A DNA stretch of 64,000 nucleotides from an uncultured Gammaproteobacteria bacterium (GTDB lineage: Bacteria > Patescibacteriota > Patescibacteriia > Magasanikbacterales > GWA2-37-8). The position numbers and the translations under genes are program-made. Each line of letters begins with the position of its first letter. The first letter of the stretch is position 1. Of the stretch, positions 37,815 through 45,904 are shown in pieces. The notes under the pieces are model-generated. The model was not told the DNA's origin. It did no database searches and worked only from the letters and a program-made list of their open reading frames with translations. The stretch lies in the NCBI GenBank assembly GCA_964641245.1, contig CAZXML010000004.1, forward strand, positions 5,418 through 69,417, in the 5' to 3' direction.

Positions 37815-39170
37815 ATGCAACTTTCATTTTTCGGCGCGGCGGGAGAAGTAACCGGTTCGTGCAATATGTTCACGACCGGCGGGAAAAAGTTTTTGGTTGA
37901 CTGCGGGATGTTCCAGGGCAGTCAATTTAACGAAGACAAAAATAATGATCCGTTTGGTTTTGAACCTAAAGAAATTTCCGGAGTAATAATAACGCACGCG
38001 CATTTAGACCATGTGGGACGTTTGCCGTTGCTGGTAAAAAACGGATACGAGGGTAAATTTTTTGCCACACCTCCCACCGTAGAATTAACCGAATTAATTT
38101 TAGACGATGCTTTGCAAATCATGCTTTACAATCAGCGCCATTTTGGCAAGCCGGTTTTATATAACAGTACTGACATCGCTAAAGTTGTGGAGCGTTTTAA
38201 GGCAGTGGATTATCATCAAAAATATTCGCTTACTCCGGATGTGGCTTTTACTTTTTATGATGCCGGGCATATTTTTGGTTCGGCTTTTGTAAAAATAGAG
38301 GCCGAAGGAAAAAAAATAATTTTCTCCGGTGATATCGGCAACATTAACGTGCCAATCTTGCGCGACACCGACACCTTGCCTGGCGGCGTGGATGTTTTGG
38401 TTTGTGAATCAACTTACGGCGACCGTTTGCATGAGTCCGCTATGCAACGCCAGGAAATTTTAGAAAAATTAATTTCTACGGCTATTAGTAAAGGCGGCAC
38501 ATTAATGATCCCGTCTTTTTCTTTGGAACGGACTCAAGAATTAATTTATGATTTAAACGATTTGGTGGCGCGCAAACACAAACTTCCGCATGTGCCGATT
38601 TTTTTGGATAGTCCGCTGGCCATCAAAGCCACCAAAGTTTATTTAAAATATCCAAAATATTACGACGCCGAAGCCACGCGTTTAACCAAAAGCGGAGATG
38701 AGTTATTTAAATTTCCCGGATTGGTAATGACTGCCACAAAAGAAGAATCCAAAAAAATAAATCAGATGCCGGGAACAAAAATAATTATTGCCGGCGCGGG
38801 CATGATGAACGGCGGCCGCATTGTGCATCACGCTATGCGTTATTTATCCGACGCCAGAAATACTTTGCTCATCATCGGCTATCAGGCGCAAAATACTTTA
38901 GGCCGAAAAATTTTAGACGGACACTCGCCGGTAGAAATTATGGGAGAAAAAATTCCCGTCCACTGCCACGTCAAAGCCATCGGCGCTTTATCCGCCCACG
39001 GCGATCAAGATAAACTTTTAGATTGGATAGGCGGCGGATTGTCCGTTCCCAAACAAGTAATACTTACTCATGGCGAACCGGCCGCGTCTTCCGCCTTGGC
39101 CAAAAGATTGGTGGGGGATTTAGGAGTAAAAGCAACGCCAGCCAGTTTTGGATTAACAATTGAGGTATAA
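37815..39170 (+). CDS. MBL-fold beta-CASP family ribonuclease (RNA-metabolising metallo-beta-lactamase)
   Basis: HAHLDHVGRLP motif and beta-CASP motifs over 451 aa. Confidence 0.7.
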   Translation: MQLSFFGAAGEVTGSCNMFTTGGKKFLVDCGMFQGSQFNEDKNNDPFGFEPKEISGVIITHAHLDHVGRLPLLVKNGYEGKFFATPPTVELTELILDDALQIMLYNQRHFGKPVLYNSTDIAKVVERFKAVDYHQKYSLTPDVAFTFYDAGHIFGSAFVKIEAEGKKIIFSGDIGNINVPILRDTDTLPGGVDVLVCESTYGDRLHESAMQRQEILEKLISTAISKGGTLMIPSFSLERTQELIYDLNDLVARKHKLPHVPIFLDSPLAIKATKVYLKYPKYYDAEATRLTKSGDELFKFPGLVMTATKEESKKINQMPGTKIIIAGAGMMNGGRIVHHAMRYLSDARNTLLIIGYQAQNTLGRKILDGHSPVEIMGEKIPVHCHVKAIGALSAHGDQDKLLDWIGGGLSVPKQVILTHGEPAASSALAKRLVGDLGVKATPASFGLTIEV

Positions 39171-39191
39171 TTAAACTAAACTTATCCACAG

Positions 39192-39216
39192 CCCTCGCAA
39201 GTGCGGGGGTTTTTGT
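39192..39216 (+). terminator. Rho-independent terminator
   Basis: CCCTCGC AAGT GCGGGGG followed by TTTTTGTTTT. Confidence 0.55.
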
Positions 39217-39324
39217 TTTATATTAGCCAAATAAATCGATGTTAAAAATGGATTTAAATGTTGACGAGTGTTTTTAAGTGGAGTAAAATGGATACAGGTG
39301 GGAAGAAGTGGGGACCACAGCAAA

Positions 39325-39387
39325 TGTCATGCTGAACTTGTTTCAGCATCTTTCGACGACAGATCCTGAAACAAGTTCAGGATGACA
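39325..39387. repeat. Family A palindromic element
   Basis: TGTCATGCTGAACTTGTTTCAGCATC ... GATCCTGAAACAAGTTCAGGATGACA. The 3' terminus supplies an in-frame ATG upstream of mraZ. Confidence 0.8.
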
Positions 39388-39399
39388 AATAAAAAATAT

Positions 39400-39831
39400 A
39401 TGTTCATCGGTGAATATAGCCATAGCATTGACGAAAAAGGAAGAATGGCCATACCGGTCAAATTTAGGCACGACCTAAAAAACGGCGCGGTTGTCACCCG
39501 CGGTTTGGATAATTGTTTATTTATCTACACCAAAAGCGAGTGGGCAAAGGTGGCAGAAAAATACGCCAACTTGCCAATCGCGCAAGCCAACAGCCGGGCG
39601 TTTTCCCGTTTAATGCTGGCCGGCGCCATGGATGTAGAATTGGACAAACAAGGAAGAATAATGTTGCCGGAATATTTGCGCGAGTTTGCGACTGTAAAAA
39701 AGAATGTGGTAATCGCCGGACTTTATAGCCGATTAGAAATTTGGGATGAGGAAGTTTGGAATAAGTATAAAGGTCAAACCGAAGCCGAAAGCGGCGCGAT
39801 TGCGGAGAAGATGTCAGAGCTCGGTGTATAG
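39400..39831 (+). CDS. mraZ: Transcriptional regulator MraZ
   Basis: MFIGEYSHSIDEKGRMAIPVKFR closely parallels the canonical MraZ N-terminus, so the real start is probably 39400. The track start at 39382 is the repeat-borne ATG. Confidence 0.85.
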   Translation: MFIGEYSHSIDEKGRMAIPVKFRHDLKNGAVVTRGLDNCLFIYTKSEWAKVAEKYANLPIAQANSRAFSRLMLAGAMDVELDKQGRIMLPEYLREFATVKKNVVIAGLYSRLEIWDEEVWNKYKGQTEAESGAIAEKMSELGV

Positions 39832-39927
39832 AAATTACGAAATAAAGAAATTAAGAAATTAATTTCCGTGAGATCACTCAAGAGACCGAACAAATTTCCC
39901 AATTTCTTAATTTCATTATCATGCATT

Positions 39928-40896
39928 ATGCGTCACGAACCTGTGTTGCTGAAAGAAATTCTAGAATTGTTTGATCTTAAACCCAATGATAATGTTGTTG
40001 ATTGTACTTTGGGTGATGCGGGACACAGTGAAGCGATGCTGGAAAAAATTGCGCCTAAAGGAAAATTGTTGGGTATAGATCTGGATATGGAAGCGGTGTT
40101 GCGGGCGAAAAGATTTTTGTATCGTTTCGGAGATAAAGCCATAATTGTCAGAAATAATTTTACTAATTTAAAAAAAATAACAGATGAATCAAATTTCGGT
40201 CCGGTAAACGCAATTCTGATGGACTTGGGCTGGTCGTCTCCACAATTCGCAGAGAGGGGGAGAGGATTCAGTTTTCAGACGGACGAGCCACTAGACATGC
40301 GATATGACGCCTCTTGTCATTCTGAACGAAGTGAAGAATCCCTTAACAACGGAGAGGGATCCTTCGTTCCACTCAGGATGACAACACAAACGGCCGCCGA
40401 CGTTGTGAACATTTACAGCGAACAGGAATTGGCGGGAATTTTAAAAAACTTTGGCGAGGAAAATTTGAGTAAAGAGATAGCCGAAGCAATTGTTGGTTTC
40501 AGGAAGAATAAAAAATTGGAAAAAACAGGGGAGTTGGCGGAAATAATTTTACAGGTTTATCGGACAAAATTACATTCCGATAAAGCCATTCCCTGGATAG
40601 GCGGTTTGCATCCGGCCACAAAAGTTTTTCAAGCGCTACGAATGGAAGTAAATCACGAATTGGATAATTTAAAATTGGCGTTGCCTCAAGCCGTAGATGT
40701 ATTGGCAACAGGCGGGCGCCTCGCGGTCATTACATTTCATTCGTTAGAAGACAGAATCGTAAAACATTTTTTTCAATCAATCGCGGGTAAAACAATTAAA
40801 TTAATAAATAAAAAACCAATCAGCGCGACCGATGAAGAAATAAAATTAAATCCCCGCAGTCGTAGCGCCAAATTACGGGTAGTGGAGAAAATTTAA
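39928..40896 (+). CDS. rsmH: 16S rRNA (cytosine1402-N4)-methyltransferase RsmH, carrying an in-frame 23-codon palindromic insert
   Basis: MRHEPVLLKEILE start, GFSFQTDEPLDMRYD ... TAADVVN and the C-terminal domain. The track start at 39868 is upstream and probably spurious. Confidence 0.85.
   Translation: MRHEPVLLKEILELFDLKPNDNVVDCTLGDAGHSEAMLEKIAPKGKLLGIDLDMEAVLRAKRFLYRFGDKAIIVRNNFTNLKKITDESNFGPVNAILMDLGWSSPQFAERGRGFSFQTDEPLDMRYDASCHSERSEESLNNGEGSFVPLRMTTQTAADVVNIYSEQELAGILKNFGEENLSKEIAEAIVGFRKNKKLEKTGELAEIILQVYRTKLHSDKAIPWIGGLHPATKVFQALRMEVNHELDNLKLALPQAVDVLATGGRLAVITFHSLEDRIVKHFFQSIAGKTIKLINKKPISATDEEIKLNPRSRSAKLRVVEKI
40315..40383 (+). mobile_element. 69-bp palindromic element inserted in frame in rsmH (TGTCATTCTGAACGAAG ... 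CTTCGTTCCACTCAGGATGACA)
   Basis: Terminal inverted repeats of the family A/B type. Length is 69 bp, exactly 23 codons. It encodes CHSERSEESLNNGEGSFVPLRMT between the conserved DMRxD and TAADVVN segments. Confidence 0.7.
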
Positions 40897-40898
40897 AC

Positions 40899-40962
40899 TG
40901 TCATGCTGAATTTATTTCAGCATCTATGTCGTGACAGATCCTGAAACAAGTTCAGGATGACA
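40899..40962. repeat. Family A palindromic element
   Basis: TGTCATGCTGAATTTATTTCAGCATC ... GATCCTGAAACAAGTTCAGGATGACA. Confidence 0.8.
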
Positions 40963-41000
40963 ATCAATATTCATCATTCTTAATTCATAATTCAACCGTT

Positions 41001-41396
41001 GTGTCCCTAAAACGCCAAATCCAATTCCGTTACCAAGGCATGGTTCGCTCTCTGCAAACCATCTCTTTGCCTAAACAACTCACTTCCCACCGCCACGGCG
41101 GGGCCCCGCTTCATAGCGGTGGCAAAACCACCCGTTTGGCTTTATTTTCTATTATATTTTTATTTAGTTTCGCCTATATAATCAAAACCACCGCATCCGC
41201 CACCAGCGGTTACCAAATGCATGAACTGGAAAAACAAACTTCAGCCCTGGAAACCGAGGTACAAAAATTGCAGGTAGAAATTGCGGACAACAGTTCCATG
41301 AACAACATCCAATCCAGATTGGCCAAATTAAACATGATTGAGGCAAGCGGTATCAAATACTTCACGGTCAAGAATACAGAGGTTGCAAAGAAATAA
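41001..41396 (+). CDS. FtsL/DivIC-like cell-division protein, tentative
   Basis: Follows mraZ-rsmH as in dcw clusters. Has a transmembrane helix followed by a coiled coil (LEKQTSALETEVQKLQVEIADN). Confidence 0.45.
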   Translation: MSLKRQIQFRYQGMVRSLQTISLPKQLTSHRHGGAPLHSGGKTTRLALFSIIFLFSFAYIIKTTASATSGYQMHELEKQTSALETEVQKLQVEIADNSSMNNIQSRLAKLNMIEASGIKYFTVKNTEVAKK

Positions 41397-41544
41397 ATTT
41401 AATAATGTCAAAACTCTCCCGATCGGGGGAGCGTAGGTATAGACAAATAAAATAACCTGTGGTACCATTACAACGTCGCGTTTCAATGGTCGTTACGCTG
41501 CGTCATTTAGTCAAATCAAATTTAATTAATTTAATAAACAATTT

Positions 41545-41799
41545 ATGCCGAAAGCCAATTCCGCATTTATGAAGCCGATGACCATCAGCGACGAACTCGC
41601 TGTCGTCGTTGGTAAAGGTCCTATGCCACGTTCAGAGGTGGTAAAAAAACTCTGGGTTTATATCAAAAGCAAGAATTTGCAAGACCCAAACAAGAAACGG
41701 AACATCGTTGCTGACGAAGCATTGAAGGTTGTGTTTGGTGGTAAGGCTGTAGTAGACATGTTTGAAATGACAAAGCTCGTTTCCAAACACCTTTCCTAA
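41545..41799 (+). CDS. SWIB/MDM2-domain protein
   Basis: SDELAVVVGKGPMPRSEVVKKLWVYIKSKNLQDP...VFGGKAVVDMFEMTKLVSKHL matches the SWIB signature across its length. Confidence 0.8.
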   Translation: MPKANSAFMKPMTISDELAVVVGKGPMPRSEVVKKLWVYIKSKNLQDPNKKRNIVADEALKVVFGGKAVVDMFEMTKLVSKHLS

Positions 41800-41812
41800 T
41801 TTTAAATCATAA

Positions 41813-41843
41813 AAAGCATGCTCTAGTGGCGTGCTTTTTAGTT
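41813..41843 (+). terminator. Rho-independent terminator
   Basis: AAGCATGC TCTAGTG GCGTGCTT stem with one G-U pair, followed by TTTAGTTT. Confidence 0.6.
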
Positions 41844-41850
41844 TCTGCCC

Positions 41851-41879
41851 TTGACAGCAGGGCCTTTCTCTGCTATACT
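41851..41879 (+). promoter_or_regulatory. Sigma-70-type promoter (TTGACA-N17-TATACT) for the DEAD-box helicase gene
   Basis: Consensus -35 and near-consensus -10 with 17-bp spacing. Followed by a ~145-nt leader containing a long hairpin. Confidence 0.6.
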
Positions 41880-42026
41880 GACCAGTCTTAACAACTAGCC
41901 CCCAATTAAGGGCGGCTACGGACTCGCCCAGGTCATTCGACCGGGCGTCAGGTCGAATGACCTGACGAACCTCATTGTGTCATATTTAAGTGGCCTAGTA
42001 GGAATCGGGTCACTAAAATTTAACGT

Positions 42027-43316
42027 ATGACACCAAACATCCCATCCCAAGCCCGCTTTAGCGATCTTGGCATCTCGCCGAAACTTTTAGACAACCTGGA
42101 AAGGTTGAAATTTGTCGTTCCTACGCCTATTCAGCATCAGTGTATTCCCCAGGCTTTGCAAGGCAAAGACATTGTCGGTATTGCCCAAACCGGCACCGGC
42201 AAAACTTTGGCTTTCGGCATCCCAATGATACAAATTTTGTCTCAAATGCCGGGCAACGCCCAGGGTTTAATCTTGCTTCCTACCCGCGAATTGGCTTTGC
42301 AGGTAGATCAGGTTTTGCAAACAATCGGCCGTCCAATCGGTCTGCGCACCGCTGTGTTAATCGGTGGCGCTTCCGGTTTCGCGCAAAAACAAATGTTGCG
42401 TCGCGGTCCGCATATTATTGTGTCCACTCCTGGCAGATTAATGGATCACGTTGATCAAAAAAATCTTTCTTTAACCAACATGAAAATTGTGGTGCTGGAC
42501 GAAGCCGACCGCATGTTTGACATCGGTTTTATGCCGCAAATCAAACAAATTCTCGGGATGATTTCCCGTGACAGACAAACTTTAATGTTTTCCGCCACCA
42601 TGCCAAAAGCAATCGCGGAAATCGCCACCCGCTACATGAAAATTCCGCTTCGTATAGAAGTGGCTCCATCCGGAACATCCGCCAAAAACGTGGAACAGGA
42701 AATCTTTATTGTAAATAAGGATGCCAAGATGCAACTTCTGGATAAAATTTTAGCGGATAATCACGGTTCTGTTTTGCTTTTTTCACGCACAAAACACGGC
42801 GCCAAAAGAATCGCCAGCGGCATTCGCGCCATGGGCCACACCGCTTCCGAAATTCATTCCAACAAATCTTTGTCTCAACGCAAAATGGCTTTGGAAGGAT
42901 TTAAAACCGGCAAGCACCGCGTTCTTGTGGCTACGGATATCGCATCCCGCGGTATAGACGTCACCGGAATTTCTTTGGTAATAAATTATGATTTACCGGA
43001 TAACACCGAAGATTACGTTCACCGCATCGGCCGCACCGGCCGGGCCGAAAGTTTTGGCAAGGCAATCTCGTTTGCCACTCCGCAAGAATGGGTAGACATC
43101 CGCCACATAGAAAAACTAATCAAAAAATCAATTCCGGTACGACCATTACCCGTCTTACCGCCACGCCGGACAAATGTCGCCGAACACTATGAAGAAACTT
43201 CCGGGTATCAAGGTGGAGGCAGGGGCAGAAGCGGTGGCAAAGGCGGTTATCAAGGAGCAAGAAAACCTTATGGAGGTTCATCCGGAGGCAACAAAAATTT
43301 CCGCAGACGATATTAA
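42027..43316 (+). CDS. DEAD-box ATP-dependent RNA helicase with RGG-rich C-terminal tail
   Basis: Q-motif, AQTGTGKT, VLDEADRMFDIGF, SAT and HRIGRTGRA motifs. C-terminal GGGRGRSGGKGGYQG repeats. Confidence 0.9.
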   Translation: MTPNIPSQARFSDLGISPKLLDNLERLKFVVPTPIQHQCIPQALQGKDIVGIAQTGTGKTLAFGIPMIQILSQMPGNAQGLILLPTRELALQVDQVLQTIGRPIGLRTAVLIGGASGFAQKQMLRRGPHIIVSTPGRLMDHVDQKNLSLTNMKIVVLDEADRMFDIGFMPQIKQILGMISRDRQTLMFSATMPKAIAEIATRYMKIPLRIEVAPSGTSAKNVEQEIFIVNKDAKMQLLDKILADNHGSVLLFSRTKHGAKRIASGIRAMGHTASEIHSNKSLSQRKMALEGFKTGKHRVLVATDIASRGIDVTGISLVINYDLPDNTEDYVHRIGRTGRAESFGKAISFATPQEWVDIRHIEKLIKKSIPVRPLPVLPPRRTNVAEHYEETSGYQGGGRGRSGGKGGYQGARKPYGGSSGGNKNFRRRY

Positions 43317-43327
43317 AAAATAAAAAA

Positions 43328-43359
43328 ATGATCGCCCAAAAGGCGGTCATTTTTTGTTG
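43328..43359 (+). terminator. Rho-independent terminator
   Basis: ATGATCGCC CAAAA GGCGGTCAT followed by TTTTTGTTG. Confidence 0.7.
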
Positions 43360-43437
43360 TTTTAGGCCATTTTATTTGATATTGACATAAGCCGTAATTT
43401 CACATACAATATGAGCATAATTTTCTAATCGAAATAT

Positions 43438-43590
43438 ATGCCAGAAACTACCTCCGCATTTGAAGCCTATTTAAAGGATTTACAAAATAATACATTGCCT
43501 AAAAAAGGCAGGGTCGGCAAGCTGGCCACAGCGTTGGATGAATTGGCGGAAAAAGAAGAAGAGGAGCCGGAAGTTGATATCGCGGCTTAA
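43438..43590 (+). CDS. Possible small acidic protein (50 aa)
   Basis: ORF MPETTSAFEAYLKDLQNNTLPKKGRVGKLATALDELAEKEEEEPEVDIAA is below the track cutoff. Supported by coding-like composition only. Confidence 0.25.
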   Translation: MPETTSAFEAYLKDLQNNTLPKKGRVGKLATALDELAEKEEEEPEVDIAA

Positions 43591-43593
43591 GAA

Positions 43594-43668
43594 TAATTAG
43601 CAATTAGCAACTAACAATTAACAAGTTGGTTGTCGATTGCTATTTGTTTATTGTTAGTTGCTAATTAA
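43594..43668. repeat. Family D palindrome upstream of gdhA
   Basis: AATTAGCAATTAGCAACTAACAATTAACAA ... TTGTTTATTGTTAGTTGCTAATTAATT. Ends 5 bp before the gdhA ATG. Confidence 0.75.
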
Positions 43669-43672
43669 TTTT

Positions 43673-44908
43673 ATGCAAAATTCAGATCCGTTTTCTATTG
43701 CGCTGGAACAATTAGAAAAAGTAAAAAAATTTATCAGCGTAGAGGAAAACATTTCTGAACAGCTTCAGGCCCCGCAAAAATTTTTGGAAGTATCAATTCC
43801 GGTCCGCATGGACAATGGCCATATTAAAGTATTTAAAGGTTTTCGTTCGCAATTTAATAATGCCCGAGGGCCATACAAAGGCGGCATCAGATTTCATCCT
43901 GGGGTAAACGAATCCGAAGTAAAAGCTCTAAGCATGTGGATGACCTGGAAAACCGCCGTGGTAGATATCCCGCTTGGCGGAGGCAAGGGCGGAGTGATTG
44001 TTAATCCCAAAGAATTAAGCGTTCCAGAATTGGAAAGATTATCCAGAGGTTATATTCAGGCAATATATAAATTTATCGGTCCGGAAAACGACGTGCCGGC
44101 GCCGGATGTTTACACCGACCCGCGCATAATGGGTTGGATGCTGGATGAATACGAAAAATTGGTCGGTCATCACGCGCCGGGTGTAATTACCGGAAAACCA
44201 TTAAGCATTGGCGGGTCAAAAGCCCGCGGTTATTCTACCGCGCAAGGCGGATTTTATGTGCTCGCAGACGCGGTAAAAAAATTAAACATTTCCAGTAAGA
44301 GAGTGGTCGTGCAGGGTTTTGGAAACGCGGGCGCGAATATGGCGGAAATTTTAAGTAAGAACAGTTATGCAATTATTGCCGTCAGTGATTCCAAGGGCGC
44401 CATCCAAAATCCAAACGGACTAGACATAACCGAACTTTTACAGCATAAAAATACCACCGGTTCAGTTTTAAATTTCAACGGCTCGCAAAATCTGGCCGAA
44501 AATATTCTGGAAATGGAAACCGACATTCTGGTTTTGGCGGCTTTAGAAAATTCCGTTACCGCAGACAACGCCGGAAAAATAAAAGCCAAATTAATTATAG
44601 AATTGGCCAACGGTCCCATCACTCCCGAAGCCGATAGTATTCTGGCAAACAATAAAATAGAAGTTGTGCCGGATATTTTAGCCAACGCCGGCGGAGTGGC
44701 CGTCAGTTATTTTGAACAAGTACAAAACGCCTATTCATATTACTGGACGGAAAAAGATGTTTTAGAAAAATTACAAACTTTAATGACATCCGCTTTTACC
44801 GAAGTCTGGAACAGAAAAGAAAAATACAATTGTGACATTAGAACCTCCGCTTATATTTTAGCCGTAGAAAGAGTCGCGAAGGCAATGCGGGATCGAGGGT
44901 GGAATTAA
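43673..44908 (+). CDS. gdhA: NAD(P)-specific glutamate dehydrogenase (Glu/Leu/Phe/Val dehydrogenase family)
   Basis: KGGIRFHPGVNESEVKALSMWMTWKTAVVDIPLGGGKGG and a GFGNAGAN Rossmann motif. The track start at 43658 lies in the repeat. Confidence 0.9.
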   Translation: MQNSDPFSIALEQLEKVKKFISVEENISEQLQAPQKFLEVSIPVRMDNGHIKVFKGFRSQFNNARGPYKGGIRFHPGVNESEVKALSMWMTWKTAVVDIPLGGGKGGVIVNPKELSVPELERLSRGYIQAIYKFIGPENDVPAPDVYTDPRIMGWMLDEYEKLVGHHAPGVITGKPLSIGGSKARGYSTAQGGFYVLADAVKKLNISSKRVVVQGFGNAGANMAEILSKNSYAIIAVSDSKGAIQNPNGLDITELLQHKNTTGSVLNFNGSQNLAENILEMETDILVLAALENSVTADNAGKIKAKLIIELANGPITPEADSILANNKIEVVPDILANAGGVAVSYFEQVQNAYSYYWTEKDVLEKLQTLMTSAFTEVWNRKEKYNCDIRTSAYILAVERVAKAMRDRGWN

Positions 44909-45067
44909 CGAAACGATGATTAAGAAATAAAAAGATGATTAGGAAATTAACGACAATGATTGGGAAATTAATTTCTTAATCATTTTTTTATTTCCTAATT
45001 ATTGTTGTTGGTAAGTTTGACATAAACCCCATACCAGTTTAAGCTAAATACTAGGAGGATAGTCGTC

Positions 45068-45904
45068 ATGAAAAATCGTGGTTTGGCAATGTTTTTTGTT
45101 GTCGCAGTTATTGGGCTGTGCGCAACCCAAGCTTCTGCCAAAAAGGCGAAGAAACATCGCGCTAGGAAGCCTGCCGGTTCGTGCGGTTTGTATCTTGATT
45201 GGAGATACCTGACCGGCAATTTCAGCAGCGAAAGCAGTAGCGATGAGTTTTATCGGCAGGGCTGGGGTTTTGGAGCAAAATGCAGCTACAATAACTACAG
45301 CAGACTAACTTTTGGGGTTGGCGCAGAAATCTACTCCGGAAGCCTTCAGCTCAATCACGCGAATGAATCCCTTGAAGGTTCTGTGTCGTATGTTGAGCTT
45401 GGTTTTAAGGAGTGGGTACGGGCGGTCTACGACTTTAACCATGTAAAAGTCGGCGCATTGGCCGGTATACAAAATGTCAACGGCGGTAGGTTCAAGATAA
45501 ATAGGATGCAAGTGGATTTTAGCGACAGGTGGTTTGACATTACCAAACTTGCTTCCGAGCACTTGACCAGCGTTGGCAGATTGGGAATCCTGGAAGCAGG
45601 ACTGGATGTGGAGTTCCCGCTTCCAAAAAGGCTTTCCATTACCTTTGGCGTGTTGTGGCAGAGGTACAACGTTTTCATGAGCATAAAAATTGACGATGAG
45701 GGTAAAGACATTCTTAATGCTCTGAATTATGACGTTGCGAATGTGGAAAGAGAACTGAAGAGTTCGCCAAACTTCTTCTATCTCAACCCTGGAGTGAAGT
45801 GGTGTGGCAAGCATTTTTGCTCATCACTGGTTGTTCCTTGGGGAGTATTTCAAGAGAAAAAATGGTCATGGGGACTCGCTCTCGGGACCGAGGTAAGATT
45901 TTAA
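45068..45904 (+). CDS. Secreted protein with outer-membrane beta-barrel-like features
   Basis: Signal peptide. Alternating hydrophobic strands. C-terminal ...GTEVRF ends in Phe, as in OMP beta-barrel signatures. Strong AGGAGG Shine-Dalgarno sequence 9 nt upstream and higher GC than the flanks. Confidence 0.4.
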   Translation: MKNRGLAMFFVVAVIGLCATQASAKKAKKHRARKPAGSCGLYLDWRYLTGNFSSESSSDEFYRQGWGFGAKCSYNNYSRLTFGVGAEIYSGSLQLNHANESLEGSVSYVELGFKEWVRAVYDFNHVKVGALAGIQNVNGGRFKINRMQVDFSDRWFDITKLASEHLTSVGRLGILEAGLDVEFPLPKRLSITFGVLWQRYNVFMSIKIDDEGKDILNALNYDVANVERELKSSPNFFYLNPGVKWCGKHFCSSLVVPWGVFQEKKWSWGLALGTEVRF

